Source of the DNA: Eledone cirrhosa
Taxonomy: Eukaryota
Assembly: GCA_964016885.1 (NCBI GenBank)
Contig: OZ024740.1
Location: 22,940,001-23,004,000 of the forward strand
Direction of reading: 5' to 3'
DNA: 64,000 nucleotides
Shown: in pieces, positions 40,501-54,160 of the stretch
Numbering within the stretch: position 1 is the first letter of the stretch
Layout: the number at the start of each line of letters is the position of its first letter
Notes under the pieces: generated by a model
Database searches by the model: none
What the model saw: the letters and a program-made list of their open reading frames with translations, nothing else
What the model was told of the DNA's origin: nothing
Translations under genes and position numbers: made by a program

Positions 40501-43500
40501 AACCAGTGGTAAGTAGATTCAGTCATGATATATGAACCAGTGGTAAATAGATTCAGTGATGGTATATGAACCAGTAGTAAGTAGATTCAGTGATAGTATA
40601 TAAACCAGTGGTAAGTAGATTCAGTGATGGTATATGAGCCAGTAGCAAGTAGATTCAGTGATGGTATATGAACCAGTAGTAAGTAGATTCAGTGATGGTA
40701 TATGAACCAGCAATAAGTAGATTCAGTGATGGTATATAAACCAGTGGTAAGTAGATTCAGTGATGGTATATAAACCAGTAGTAAGTAGATTCAGTGATGG
40801 TATATGGACCAGTGGTAAGTAGATTCAATGATGGTATATAAACCAGTGGTAAGTAGATTCAGTGATGGTATATGAACCAGTGGTAAGCAGATTCAGTGAT
40901 GGTATATGAACCAGTGGTAAGTAGATTCAGTGATGGTATATGAACCAGTAGTAAGTAGATTCAGTGATGGTATATGAATCAGTGGTAAGTAGATTCAGTG
41001 ATGGTATATGAACCAGTACTAAGTAGATTCAGTGATGGTATATGGACCAGTGGTAAGTAGATTCAGTGATGGTATATGAACCAGTGGTAAGTAAATTCAG
41101 TGATGGTATATGAACCAGTAGTAAGTAGATTCAGTGATGGTATATAAACCAGTGGTAAGTAGATTCAGTGATGGTATATGAACCAGTGGTAAGTAAATTC
41201 AGTGATGGTATATGAACCAGTAGTAAGTAAATTCAGTGATGGTATATAAACCAGTGGTAAGTAGATTCAGTGATGGTATATGAACAAGTAGTAAGTAGAT
41301 TCAGTGATGGTATATAAACCAGTGGTAAGTAGATTCAGTGATGGTATATGAATCAGTGGTAAGTAGATTCAGTAATGGTATATGAACCAGTGGTAAGTAG
41401 ATTCAGTGATGGTATATAAACCAGTAGTAACTAGATCCAGTGATGGTTAATGAAGCAGTAGTAAGTAGATCCAGTGATGGTATATGAACCAGTAGTAAGG
41501 AGATTCAGTGATGTTATATGAACCAGTAGTAACTAGATTCAGTGATGGTATATAAACCAGTGGTAAATATATTCAGTGATGTTATATAAACCAGTGGTAA
41601 GTAGATTAAATGATGGTATATAAACCAGTGGTAAGTAGATTCAGTGATGGTATATGAATCAGTGGTAAGTAGATTCAGTGATGGTATATGAACCAGTGGT
41701 AAATAGATTCAGTGATGGTATATGAACCAGTGGTAAGTAGATTCAGTGATGGTATATGAACCAGTCGTAAGTAGATTCAGTGATGGTATATGAGCCAGTA
41801 GTAAGTAGATTCAGTGATGGTATATGAACCAGTGGTAAGTAGATTCAGTGATGGTATATAAACCAGTGGTAAGTAGATTCAGTGATGATATATGAACCAG
41901 TGGTAAATAGATTCAGTGATGGTATACGAACCAGTAGTAAGTAGATTCAGTGATGGTATATGAACCAGTAGCAAGTAGATTCAGTGATGGTATATGAACC
42001 AGTAGTAAGTAGATTCAGTGATGGTATATGAACCAGTGGTAAGTAGATTCAGTGATGGTATATAAACCAGTGGTAAGTAGATTCAGTGATGGTATATGAA
42101 CCATTGGTAAGCAGATTCAGTGATGGTATATGAACCAGTGTAAGTAGATTCAGTGATGGTATATGAACCAGTAGTAAGTAGATTCAGTGATGGTATATGA
42201 ATCAGTGGTAAGTAGATTCAGTGATGGTATATGAACCAGTAGTAAGTGGATTCAGTGATGGTATATGAACCAGTGGTAAGTAGATTCAGTGATGGTATAT
42301 AAACCAGTGGTAAGTAGATTCAGTGATGGTATATGAACCAGTGCTAAATAGATTCAGTGATGATGTATGAATCAGTGGTAAGTAGATTCAGTGATGGTAT
42401 ATGAACCAGTAGTAAGTAGATTCAGTGATGGTATATGAACCAGTGGTAAGTAGATTCAGTGATGGTATATAAACAAGTGGTAAGTAGATTCAGTGATTGT
42501 ATATGAACAAGTAGTAAGTAGATTCAGTGATGGTATATAAACCAGTGGTAAGTAGATTCAGTGATGGTATATGAATGAGTGGTAAATATATTCAGTTATG
42601 GTATATAAACCAGTGGGAAGTAGATTCAGTGATGGCATATGAACCAGTGGTAAGTAGATTCAGTGATGGTATATGAACCACTGGTAAGTAGATTCTGTGA
42701 TGGCATATGAACCAGTGGTAAATATATTCAGTGATGGTATATAAACCAGTGGTAAGTAGATTCAGTGATGATATATGAATCAGTGGTAAGTGGATTCAGT
42801 AATGGTATATGAACCAGTGGTAAGTTGATTCAGTGATGGTATATAAACCAGTGGAAAGTAGATTCAGTAATGGTATATAAACCAGTGGTAAGCAGATTCA
42901 GTGATGGTATATGAACCAGTGGTAAGTAGATTTAGTGATGGTATATGAACCAGTGGTAAGTAGATTCAGTGATGGTATATGAACCAGTGGTAAGTAGATT
43001 CAGTGAAGGTATATATACCACTAGTAAGTAGATTCGTTGATGGTATATAACCAGTGGTAAGTAGATTTAGTGATGGTATATAAACCAGTAGTAAGTAGAT
43101 TCAGTGATGGTATATAAACCAGTAGTAAGTAGATTCAGTGATGGTATATGAACCAGTGGTAAGTAAATTGAGTGATGGTATATAAACCAGTGGTAAGTAG
43201 ATTCAGTGATGGTATATGAACCAGTGGTAAGTAGATTCAGTGATGGTATATGAACCAGTGGTAAGTATAGTCAGTGATGGTATATGAACCAGTGGTAAAT
43301 AGATTCAGTGATGGTATATGAACCAGTGGTAAGTAGATTCAGTGATAGTATATGAACCAGTGGTAAGTAGACTCATTGATGGTATATGAACCAGTGGAAT
43401 GTAGATTCAGTGATGGTATATGAACCAGTGGTAAGTAGATTCAGTGATGGTATATGAACCAGTAGTAAGTAGATTCAGTGCTGATATATGAATCAGTGGT

Positions 43501-46500
43501 ATGTAGATTCAGTGATGGTATATGAACCAGTTGTAATTAGATGCAGTGATGGTATATAAATCAGTGTTAAGTAGATTCAGTGATGGTAAATGAACCAGTG
43601 GTAAGTATATTCAGTGATGGTATATGAACCAGTGGTAAGTAGATTCAGTGATGGTATATGAACCAGTGGTAAGTAGATTCAGTGATGGTATATGAACCAG
43701 TGGTAAGTAGATTCAGTGATGGTATATAAACCAGTGGTAAGTAGATTCAGTGATGGTATATGAACCAGTTGTAATTAGATTCAGTGATGGTATATAAACC
43801 AGTGGTAAGTAGATTCAGTGATGGTATATGAACCAGTGGTAAGTAGATTCAGTGATGGTATATGAACCAGTGGTAAGTAGATTCAGTGATGGTATATGAA
43901 CCAGTGGTAAGTATAGTCAGTGATGGTATATGAACCAGTGATAAATAGATTCAGTGATGGTATGTGAACCAGTGGTAAGTAGATTCAGTGATGGTATATG
44001 AACCAGTTGTAATTAGATGCAGTGATGGTATATAAATCAGTGTTAAGTAGATTCAGTGATGGTAAATGAACCAGTGGTAAGTATATTCAGTGATGGTATA
44101 TGAACCAGTGGTAAGTAGATTCAGTGATGGTATATGAACCAGTGGTAAGTAGATTCAGTGATGGTATATGAACCAGTGGTAAGTAGATTCAGTGATAGTA
44201 TATGAACCAGTGGTAAGTAGATTCAGTGATGGTTTATGAACCAGTGGAATGTAGATTCAGTGATGGTATATGAACCAGTTGTCAGCAGATTCAGTGATGG
44301 TATATGAACCAGTGGTAAGTAGATTCAGTGATGGTATATAAACCACTGATAAGTAGATTTAGTTATAGTATATTAACCAGTGCTAAGTAGATCCAGCGAT
44401 AGTATATGAACCAGTGGTAAATAGATTCAGTGATGGTATATTACCCAGTGATAAGTAGATTCATTGATGGTATATTAACCAGTGGTAAGTAGATTCAGTG
44501 AAGGTATATTAACCAGTGGTAAGTAGATTCAGTGATGGTATATAAACCAGTAGTAAGTAGATCCAGTGATGGTATATGAACCAGTGGTAAGTAGATTCAG
44601 TGATGGTATATGAACCAGTAGTAACTAGATTCAGTGATGGTATATGAACCAGTGGTAAGTAAATTCAGTGATGGTATATGAACCAGTAGTAAGTAGATTC
44701 AGTGATGGTATATAAACCAGTGGTAAATAGATTCAGTGATGGTATATAAACCAGTGGTAAGTAGATTCAGTGATGGTATATGAATCAGTGGTAAGTAGAT
44801 TCAGTGATGGTACATGAACCAGTGGTAAATAGATTCAGTGATGGTATGTGAACCAGTGGTAAGTAGATTCAGTGATGGTATGTGAACCAGTGGTAAGTAG
44901 ATTCAGTGATGGTATAATAACAAGTGGCACGTAGATTCAGTGATGGTATATAACCCATTGGTAAGTAGATTCAGTGATGATATATGAACCAGGGGTAAAT
45001 AGATTCAGTGATGGTATACGAACCAGTAGTAAGTAGATTCAGTGATGGTATATGAACCAGTAGCAAGTAGATTCAGTGATGGTATATGAACCAGTAGTAA
45101 GTAGATTCAGTGATGGTATATGAACCAGCAATAAGTAGATTCAGTGATGGTATATAAACCAGTGGTAAGTAGATTCAGTGATGGTATATAAACCAGTAGT
45201 AAGTAGATTCAGTGATGGTATATGAACCAGTGGTAAGTAGATTCAGTGATGGTATATAAACCAGTGGTAAGTAGACTCAGTGATGGTATATGAACCATTG
45301 GTAAGCAGATTCAGTGATGGTATATGAACCAGTGTAAGTAGATTCAGTGATGGTATATGAACCAGTAGTAAGTAGATTCAGTGATGGTATATGAATCAGT
45401 GGTAAGTAGATTCAGTGATGGTATATGAACCAGTAGTAAGTAGATTCAGTGATGGTATATGAACCAGTGGTAAGTAGATTCAGTGATGGTATATAAACCA
45501 GTGGTAAGTAGATTCAGTGATGGTATATGAACCAGTGCTAAATAGATTCAGTGATGATATATGAATCAGTGGTAAGTAGATTCAGTGATGGTATATGAAC
45601 CAGTAGTAAGTAGATTCAGTGATGGTATATGAACCAGTCGTAACTAGATTCAGTGATGGTATATAAACCAGTGGTAAGTAGATTCAGTGATGGTATATGA
45701 ACAAGTAGTAAGTAGATTCAGTGATGGTATATAAACCAGTGGTAAGTAGATTCAGTGATGGTATATGAATGAGTGGTAAATATATTCAGTTATGGTATAT
45801 ATACCAGTGGTAAGTAGATTCAGTGATGGCATATGAACCAGTGGTAAGTAGATTCAGTGATGGTATATAAACCAGTGGTAAGTAGATTCTGTGATGGGAT
45901 ATGAACCAGTGGTAAATAGATTCAGTGATGGTATATAAACCAGTGGTAAGTAGATTCAGTGATGGTATATGAATCAGTGGTAAGTGGATTCAGTAATGGT
46001 ATATGAACCAGTGGTAAGTTGATTCAGTGATGGTATATAAACCAGTGGAAAGTAGATTCAGTAATGGTATATAAACCAGTGGTAAGCAGATTCAGTGATG
46101 GTATATGAACCAGTGGTAAGTAGATTCAGTGATGGTATATGAACCAGTGGTAAGTAGATTCAGTGATGGTATATGAACCAGTGGTAAGTAGATTCAGTGA
46201 AGGTATATAGACCACTAGTAAGTAGATTCGTTGATGGTATATAACCAGTGGTAAGTAGATTTAGTGATGGTATATAAACCAGTAGTAAGTAGATTCAGTG
46301 ATGGTATATGAACCAGTGGTAAGTAAATTGAGTGATGGTATATAAACCAGTGGTAAGTAGATTCAGTGATGGTATATGAACCAGTGGTAAGTAGATTCAG
46401 TGATGGTATATGAACCAGTGGTAAATAGATTCAGTGATGGCATATGAACCAGTGGTATGTAGATTCAGTGATGGTATATAAATCGGTGGTAAGTATATTC

Positions 46501-47160
46501 AGTGATGGTATATGAACCAGTGGTAAGTAGATTCAGTGATGGTATATGAACCAGTGGTAAGTAGATTCAGTGATGGTATATGAACCAGTAGTAACTAGAT
46601 TCAGTGATGGTATATGAACCAGTGGTAAGTAGATTCAGTGATGGTATATGAACCAGTGGTAAGTAGATTCAGTGATGGTATATAGACCACTAGTAAGTAG
46701 ATTCGGTGATGGTATATAACCAGTGGTAAGTGGATTCAGTGATGTTATATGAACCAGTGGTAAGTAGATTCAATGATGGTATATAAACCAGTGGTAAGTA
46801 GATTCAGTGATGGTATATAAACCAGTAGTAAGTAGATTCAGTGATGGTATATGAACCAGTGGTAAGTGGATTCAGTGATGGTATATGAACCAGTGGTAAG
46901 TATATTCAGTGATGGTATATAAAACAGTGGTAAGTAGATTCAGTGATGGTATATAAACCAGTGGTAAGTAGATTCAGTGATGGTATATGAACCAGTGGTA
47001 AGTAGATTCAGTGATAGTATATGAACCAGTGGTAAGTAGATTCAGTGATGGTATATAAAACAGTGGTAAGTAGATTCAGTGATGGTATATGAACCAGTCG
47101 TAAGTAGATTCAGTGATGGTATATGAACCAGTCGTAAGTAGATTCAGTGATGGTATATGA
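37570..47160. repeat. ~9.6-kb block, copy 2 (offset 11,621 from ~25950-35540)
   Basis: Same ordered markers as copy 1. 11,621 = 342 x 34 - 7, matching the seven 1-bp deletions I count between 26050 and 37671. Confidence 0.92.
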
Positions 47161-48980
47161 ACCAGTCGTAAGTAGATTCAGTGATGATATATGAATCAGT
47201 GGTAAGTAGATTCAGTGATGGTATATGAGCCAGTGGTAAGTAGATTCTGTGATGGTATATAAACGAGTGGTAAGTAGATTCAGTGATGGTATATGAACCA
47301 GTAGTAAGTAGATTCAGTGATGTTATATAAACCAGTGGTAAGTAGATTCAGTGATGGTATATGAACTAGTGGTAAATAGATTCAGTGATGGTATATGAAC
47401 CAGTGGTAAGTAGATTCAGTGATGGTATATGAACCAGTAGTAAGTAGATTCAGTGAAGGTATATAAACCAGTGGTAAGTAGATTCAGTGATGGTATATGT
47501 ACCAGTGGTAAGTAGATTCAGTGATGGTATATGAACCAGTGGTAAGTAGATTCAGTGATGGTATATGAACCAGTGGTAAATAGATTCAGTGATGTTATAT
47601 TAACCAGTGCTAAGTAGATTCAGTGATTGTATATTAACCAGTGCTAAGTAGATTCAGTGATGGTATATGAACCCGTTGTAAGTAGATTCAGTGATGATAA
47701 ATAAACCAGTGGTAAGTAGATTTAGTGATGGTATATTAACCAGTGTTAAGTAGATCCAGCGATAGTATATGAACCAGTGGTAAATAGATTCAGTGATGGT
47801 ATATGAACCAGTGCTATGTAGATTCAGTGAAGGTATATAAACCAGTGGTAAGTAGATTCAGTGATGGTATATTAACCAGTGGTAAGTAGATTCAGTGACG
47901 GTATATAAACCAGTGGTAAGTAGATTCAGTGATGGTATATAAACCAGTAGTAACTAGATCCAGTGATGGTATATGAACCAGTAGTAAGTAGATCCAGTGA
48001 TGGTATATGAACCAGTAGTAACTAGATTCAGTGATGGTATATGAACCAGTAGTAAGTAGATTCAGTGATGGTATATAAACCAGTGGTAAATAGATTCTGT
48101 GATGGTATATACACCAGTGGTAAGTAGATTAAATGATGGTATATAAACCAGTGGTAAGTAGATTCAGTGATGGTATATAAATCAGTGGTAAGTAGATTCA
48201 GTGATGCTATATGAACCAGTGGTAAGTAGATTCAGTGATGTTATATGAACCAGTGGTAAGTAGATTCCGTGATGGTATAAGAACCAGTGGCAAGTAGATT
48301 CAGTGATGGTATATAAACCAGTGGTAAGTAGATTCAGTGATGATATATGAACCAGTGGTAAATAGATTCAGTGATGGTATATGAACCAGTAGTAAGTAGA
48401 TTCAGTGATGGTATATAAACCAGTGGTAAGTAGATTCAGTGATGGTATATGAGCCAGTAGCAAGTAGATTCAGTGATGGTATATGAACCAGTAGTAAGTA
48501 GATTCAGTGATGGTATATGAACCAGCAATAAGTAGATTCAGTGATGGTATATAAACCAGTGGTAAGTAGATTCAGTGATGGTATATAAACCAGTAGTAAG
48601 TAGATTCAGTGATGGTATATGGACCAGTGGTAAGTAGATTCAGTGATGGTATATAAACCAGTGGTAAGTAGATTCAGTGATGGTATATGAACCAGTGGTA
48701 AGCAGATTCAGTGATGGTATATGAACCAGTGGTAAGTAGATTCAGTGATGGTATATGAACCAGTAGTAAGTAGATTCAGTGATGGTATATGAATCAGTGG
48801 TAAGTAGATTCAGTGATGGTATATGAACCAGTACTAAGTAGATTCAGTGATGGTATATGGACCAGTGGTAAGTAGATTCAGTGATGGTATATGAACCAGT
48901 GGTAAGTAAATTCAGTGATGGTATATGAACCAGTAGTAAGTAGATTCAGTGATGGTATATAAACCAGTGGTAAGTAGATT
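40220..48980. repeat. Block duplicate of ~4270-13030 (offset 35,952)
   Basis: TTCGTTG 7083/43035 and 10277/46229; GATCCAGCG 8441/44393 and 11804/47756. Confidence 0.85.
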
Positions 48981-51900
48981 CAGTGATGGTATATAAACCA
49001 GTGGTAAGTAGATTCAGTGATGGTATATGAACAAGTAGTAAGTAGATTCAGTCATGATATATGAACCAGTGGTAAATAGATTCAGTGATGGTATATGAAC
49101 CAGTAGTAAGTAGATTCAGTGATAGTATATAAACCAGTGGTAAGTAGATTCAGTGATGGTATATGAACCAGTAGTAAGTAGATTCAGTGATGGTATATAA
49201 ACCAGTGGTAAATAGATTCTGTGATGGTATATACACCAGTGGTAAGTAGATTAAATGATGGTATATAAAGCAGTGGTAAGTAGATTCAGTGATGGTATAT
49301 AAATCAGTGGTAAGTAGATTCAGTGATGCTATATGAACCAGTGGTAAGTAGATTCAGTGATGGTATATGAACCAGTGGTAAGTAGATTCCGTGATGGTAT
49401 AAGAACCAGTGGCAAGTAGATTCAGTGATGGTATATAAACCAGTGGTAAGTAGATTCAGTCATGATATATGAACCAGTGGTAAATAGATTCAGTGATGGT
49501 ATATGAACCAGTAGTAAGTAGATTCAGTGATAGTATATAAACCAGTGGTAAGAAGATTCAGTGATGGTATATGAGCCAGTAGCAAGTAGATTCAGTGATG
49601 GTATATGAACCAGTAGTAAGTAGATTCAGTGATGGTATATGAACCAGCAATAAGTAGATTCAGTGATGGTATATAAACCAGTGGTAAGTAGATTCAGTGA
49701 TGGTATATAAACCAGTAGTAAGTAGATTCAGTGATGGTATATGGACCAGTGGTAAGTAGATTCAGTGATGGTATATAAACCAGTGGTAAGTAGATTCAGT
49801 GATGGTATATGAACCAGTGGTAAGCAGATTCAGTGATGGTATATGAACCAGTGGTAAGTAGATTCAGTGATGGTATATGAACCAGTAGTAAGTAGATTCA
49901 GTGATGGTATATGAATCAGTGGTAAGTAGATTCAGTGATGGTATATGAACCAGTACTAAGTAGATTCAGTGATGGTATATGGACCAGTGGTAAGTAGATT
50001 CAGTGATGGTATATGAACCAGTGGTAAGTAAATTCAGTGATGGTATATGAACCAGTAGTAAGTAGATTCAGTGATGGTATATAAACCAGTGGTAAGTAGA
50101 TTCAGTGATGGTATATGAACCAGTGGTAAGTAAATTCAGTGATGGTATATGAACCAGTAGTAAGTAAATTCAGTGATGGTATATAAACCAGTGGTAAGTA
50201 GATTCAGTGATGGTATATGAACAAGTAGTAAGTAGATTCAGTGATGGTATATAAACCAGTGGTAAGTAGATTCAGTGATGGTATATGAATCAGTGGTAAG
50301 TAGATTCAGTAATGGTATATGAACCAGTGGTAAGTAGATTCAGTGATGGTATATAAACCAGTAGTAACTAGATCCAGTGATGGTTAATGAAGCAGTAGTA
50401 AGTAGATCCAGTGATGGTATATGAACCAGTAGTAAGGAGATTCAGTGATGTTATATGAACCAGTAGTAACTAGATTCAGTGATGGTATATAAACCAGTGG
50501 TAAATATATTCAGTGATGTTATATAAACCAGTGGTAAGTAGATTAAATGATGGTATATAAACCAGTGGTAAGTAGATTCAGTGATGGTATATGAATCAGT
50601 GGTAAGTAGATTCAGTGATGGTATATGAACCAGTGGTAAATAGATTCAGTGATGGTATATGAACCAGTGGTAAGTAGATTCAGTGATGGTATATGAACCA
50701 GTCGTAAGTAGATTCAGTGATGGTATATGAGCCAGTAGTAAGTAGATTCAGTGATGGTATATGAACCAGTGGTAAGTAGATTCAGTGATGGTATATAAAC
50801 CAGTGGTAAGTAGATTCAGTGATGATATATGAACCAGTGGTAAATAGATTCAGTGATGGTATACGAACCAGTAGTAAGTAGATTCAGTGATGGTATATGA
50901 ACCAGTAGCAAGTAGATTCAGTGATGGTATATGAACCAGTAGTAAGTAGATTCAGTGATGGTATATGAACCAGTGGTAAGTAGATTCAGTGATGGTATAT
51001 AAACCAGTGGTAAGTAGATTCAGTGATGGTATATGAACCATTGGTAAGCAGATTCAGTGATGGTATATGAACCAGTGTAAGTAGATTCAGTGATGGTATA
51101 TGAACCAGTAGTAAGTAGATTCAGTGATGGTATATGAATCAGTGGTAAGTAGATTCAGTGATGGTATATGAACCAGTAGTAAGTGGATTCAGTGATGGTA
51201 TATGAACCAGTGGTAAGTAGATTCAGTGATGGTATATAAACCAGTGGTAAGTAGATTCAGTGATGGTATATGAACCAGTGCTAAATAGATTCAGTGATGA
51301 TGTATGAATCAGTGGTAAGTAGATTCAGTGATGGTATATGAACCAGTAGTAAGTAGATTCAGTGATGGTATATGAACCAGTGGTAAGTAGATTCAGTGAT
51401 GGTATATAAACAAGTGGTAAGTAGATTCAGTGATTGTATATGAACAAGTAGTAAGTAGATTCAGTGATGGTATATAAACCAGTGGTAAGTAGATTCAGTG
51501 ATGGTATATGAATGAGTGGTAAATATATTCAGTTATGGTATATAAACCAGTGGGAAGTAGATTCAGTGATGGCATATGAACCAGTGGTAAGTAGATTCAG
51601 TGATGGTATATGAACCACTGGTAAGTAGATTCTGTGATGGCATATGAACCAGTGGTAAATATATTCAGTGATGGTATATAAACCAGTGGTAAGTAGATTC
51701 AGTGATGATATATGAATCAGTGGTAAGTGGATTCAGTAATGGTATATGAACCAGTGGTAAGTTGATTCAGTGATGGTATATAAACCAGTGGAAAGTAGAT
51801 TCAGTAATGGTATATAAACCAGTGGTAAGCAGATTCAGTGATGGTATATGAACCAGTGGTAAGTAGATTTAGTGATGGTATATGAACCAGTGGTAAGTAG

Positions 51901-54160
51901 ATTCAGTGATGGTATATGAACCAGTGGTAAGTAGATTCAGTGAAGGTATATATACCACTAGTAAGTAGATTCGTTGATGGTATATAACCAGTGGTAAGTA
52001 GATTTAGTGATGGTATATAAACCAGTAGTAAGTAGATTCAGTGATGGTATATAAACCAGTAGTAAGTAGATTCAGTGATGGTATATGAACCAGTGGTAAG
52101 TAAATTGAGTGATGGTATATAAACCAGTGGTAAGTAGATTCAGTGATGGTATATGAACCAGTGGTAAGTAGATTCAGTGATGGTATATGAACCAGTGGTA
52201 AGTATAGTCAGTGATGGTATATGAACCAGTGGTAAATAGATTCAGTGATGGTATATGAACCAGTGGTAAGTAGATTCAGTGATAGTATATGAACCAGTGG
52301 TAAGTAGACTCATTGATGGTATATGAACCAGTGGAATGTAGATTCAGTGATGGTATATGAACCAGTGGTAAGTAGATTCAGTGATGGTATATGAACCAGT
52401 AGTAAGTAGATTCAGTGCTGATATATGAATCAGTGGTATGTAGATTCAGTGATGGTATATGAACCAGTTGTAATTAGATGCAGTGATGGTATATAAATCA
52501 GTGTTAAGTAGATTCAGTGATGGTAAATGAACCAGTGGTAAGTATATTCAGTGATGGTATATGAACCAGTGGTAAGTAGATTCAGTGATGGTATATGAAC
52601 CAGTGGTAAGTAGATTCAGTGATGGTATATGAACCAGTGGTAAGTAGATTCAGTGATGGTATATAAACCAGTGGTAAGTAGATTCAGTGATGGTATATGA
52701 ACCAGTTGTAATTAGATTCAGTGATGGTATATAAACCAGTGGTAAGTAGATTCAGTGATGGTATATGAACCAGTGGTAAGTAGATTCAGTGATGGTATAT
52801 GAACCAGTGGTAAGTAGATTCAGTGATGGTATATGAACCAGTGGTAAGTATAGTCAGTGATGGTATATGAACCAGTGATAAATAGATTCAGTGATGGTAT
52901 GTGAACCAGTGGTAAGTAGATTCAGTGATGGTATATGAACCAGTTGTAATTAGATGCAGTGATGGTATATAAATCAGTGTTAAGTAGATTCAGTGATGGT
53001 AAATGAACCAGTGGTAAGTATATTCAGTGATGGTATATGAACCAGTGGTAAGTAGATTCAGTGATGGTATATGAACCAGTGGTAAGTAGATTCAGTGATG
53101 GTATATGAACCAGTGGTAAGTAGATTCAGTGATAGTATATGAACCAGTGGTAAGTAGATTCAGTGATGGTTTATGAACCAGTGGAATGTAGATTCAGTGA
53201 TGGTATATGAACCAGTTGTCAGCAGATTCAGTGATGGTATATGAACCAGTGGTAAGTAGATTCAGTGATGGTATATAAACCACTGATAAGTAGATTTAGT
53301 TATAGTATATTAACCAGTGCTAAGTAGATCCAGCGATAGTATATGAACCAGTGGTAAATAGATTCAGTGATGGTATATTACCCAGTGATAAGTAGATTCA
53401 TTGATGGTATATTAACCAGTGGTAAGTAGATTCAGTGAAGGTATATTAACCAGTGGTAAGTAGATTCAGTGATGGTATATAAACCAGTAGTAAGTAGATC
53501 CAGTGATGGTATATGAACCAGTGGTAAGTAGATTCAGTGATGGTATATGAACCAGTAGTAACTAGATTCAGTGATGGTATATGAACCAGTGGTAAGTAAA
53601 TTCAGTGATGGTATATGAACCAGTAGTAAGTAGATTCAGTGATGGTATATAAACCAGTGGTAAATAGATTCAGTGATGGTATATAAACCAGTGGTAAGTA
53701 GATTCAGTGATGGTATATGAATCAGTGGTAAGTAGATTCAGTGATGGTACATGAACCAGTGGTAAATAGATTCAGTGATGGTATGTGAACCAGTGGTAAG
53801 TAGATTCAGTGATGGTATGTGAACCAGTGGTAAGTAGATTCAGTGATGGTATAATAACAAGTGGCACGTAGATTCAGTGATGGTATATAACCCATTGGTA
53901 AGTAGATTCAGTGATGATATATGAACCAGGGGTAAATAGATTCAGTGATGGTATACGAACCAGTAGTAAGTAGATTCAGTGATGGTATATGAACCAGTAG
54001 CAAGTAGATTCAGTGATGGTATATGAACCAGTAGTAAGTAGATTCAGTGATGGTATATGAACCAGCAATAAGTAGATTCAGTGATGGTATATAAACCAGT
54101 GGTAAGTAGATTCAGTGATGGTATATAAACCAGTAGTAAGTAGATTCAGTGATGGTATAT
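48980..54160. repeat. Block duplicate of ~40040-45220 (offset 8,937)
   Basis: CAGTCATGAT 40116/49053 and 40524/49461; TTCGTTG 43035/51972; GATCCAGCG 44393/53330. Confidence 0.88.
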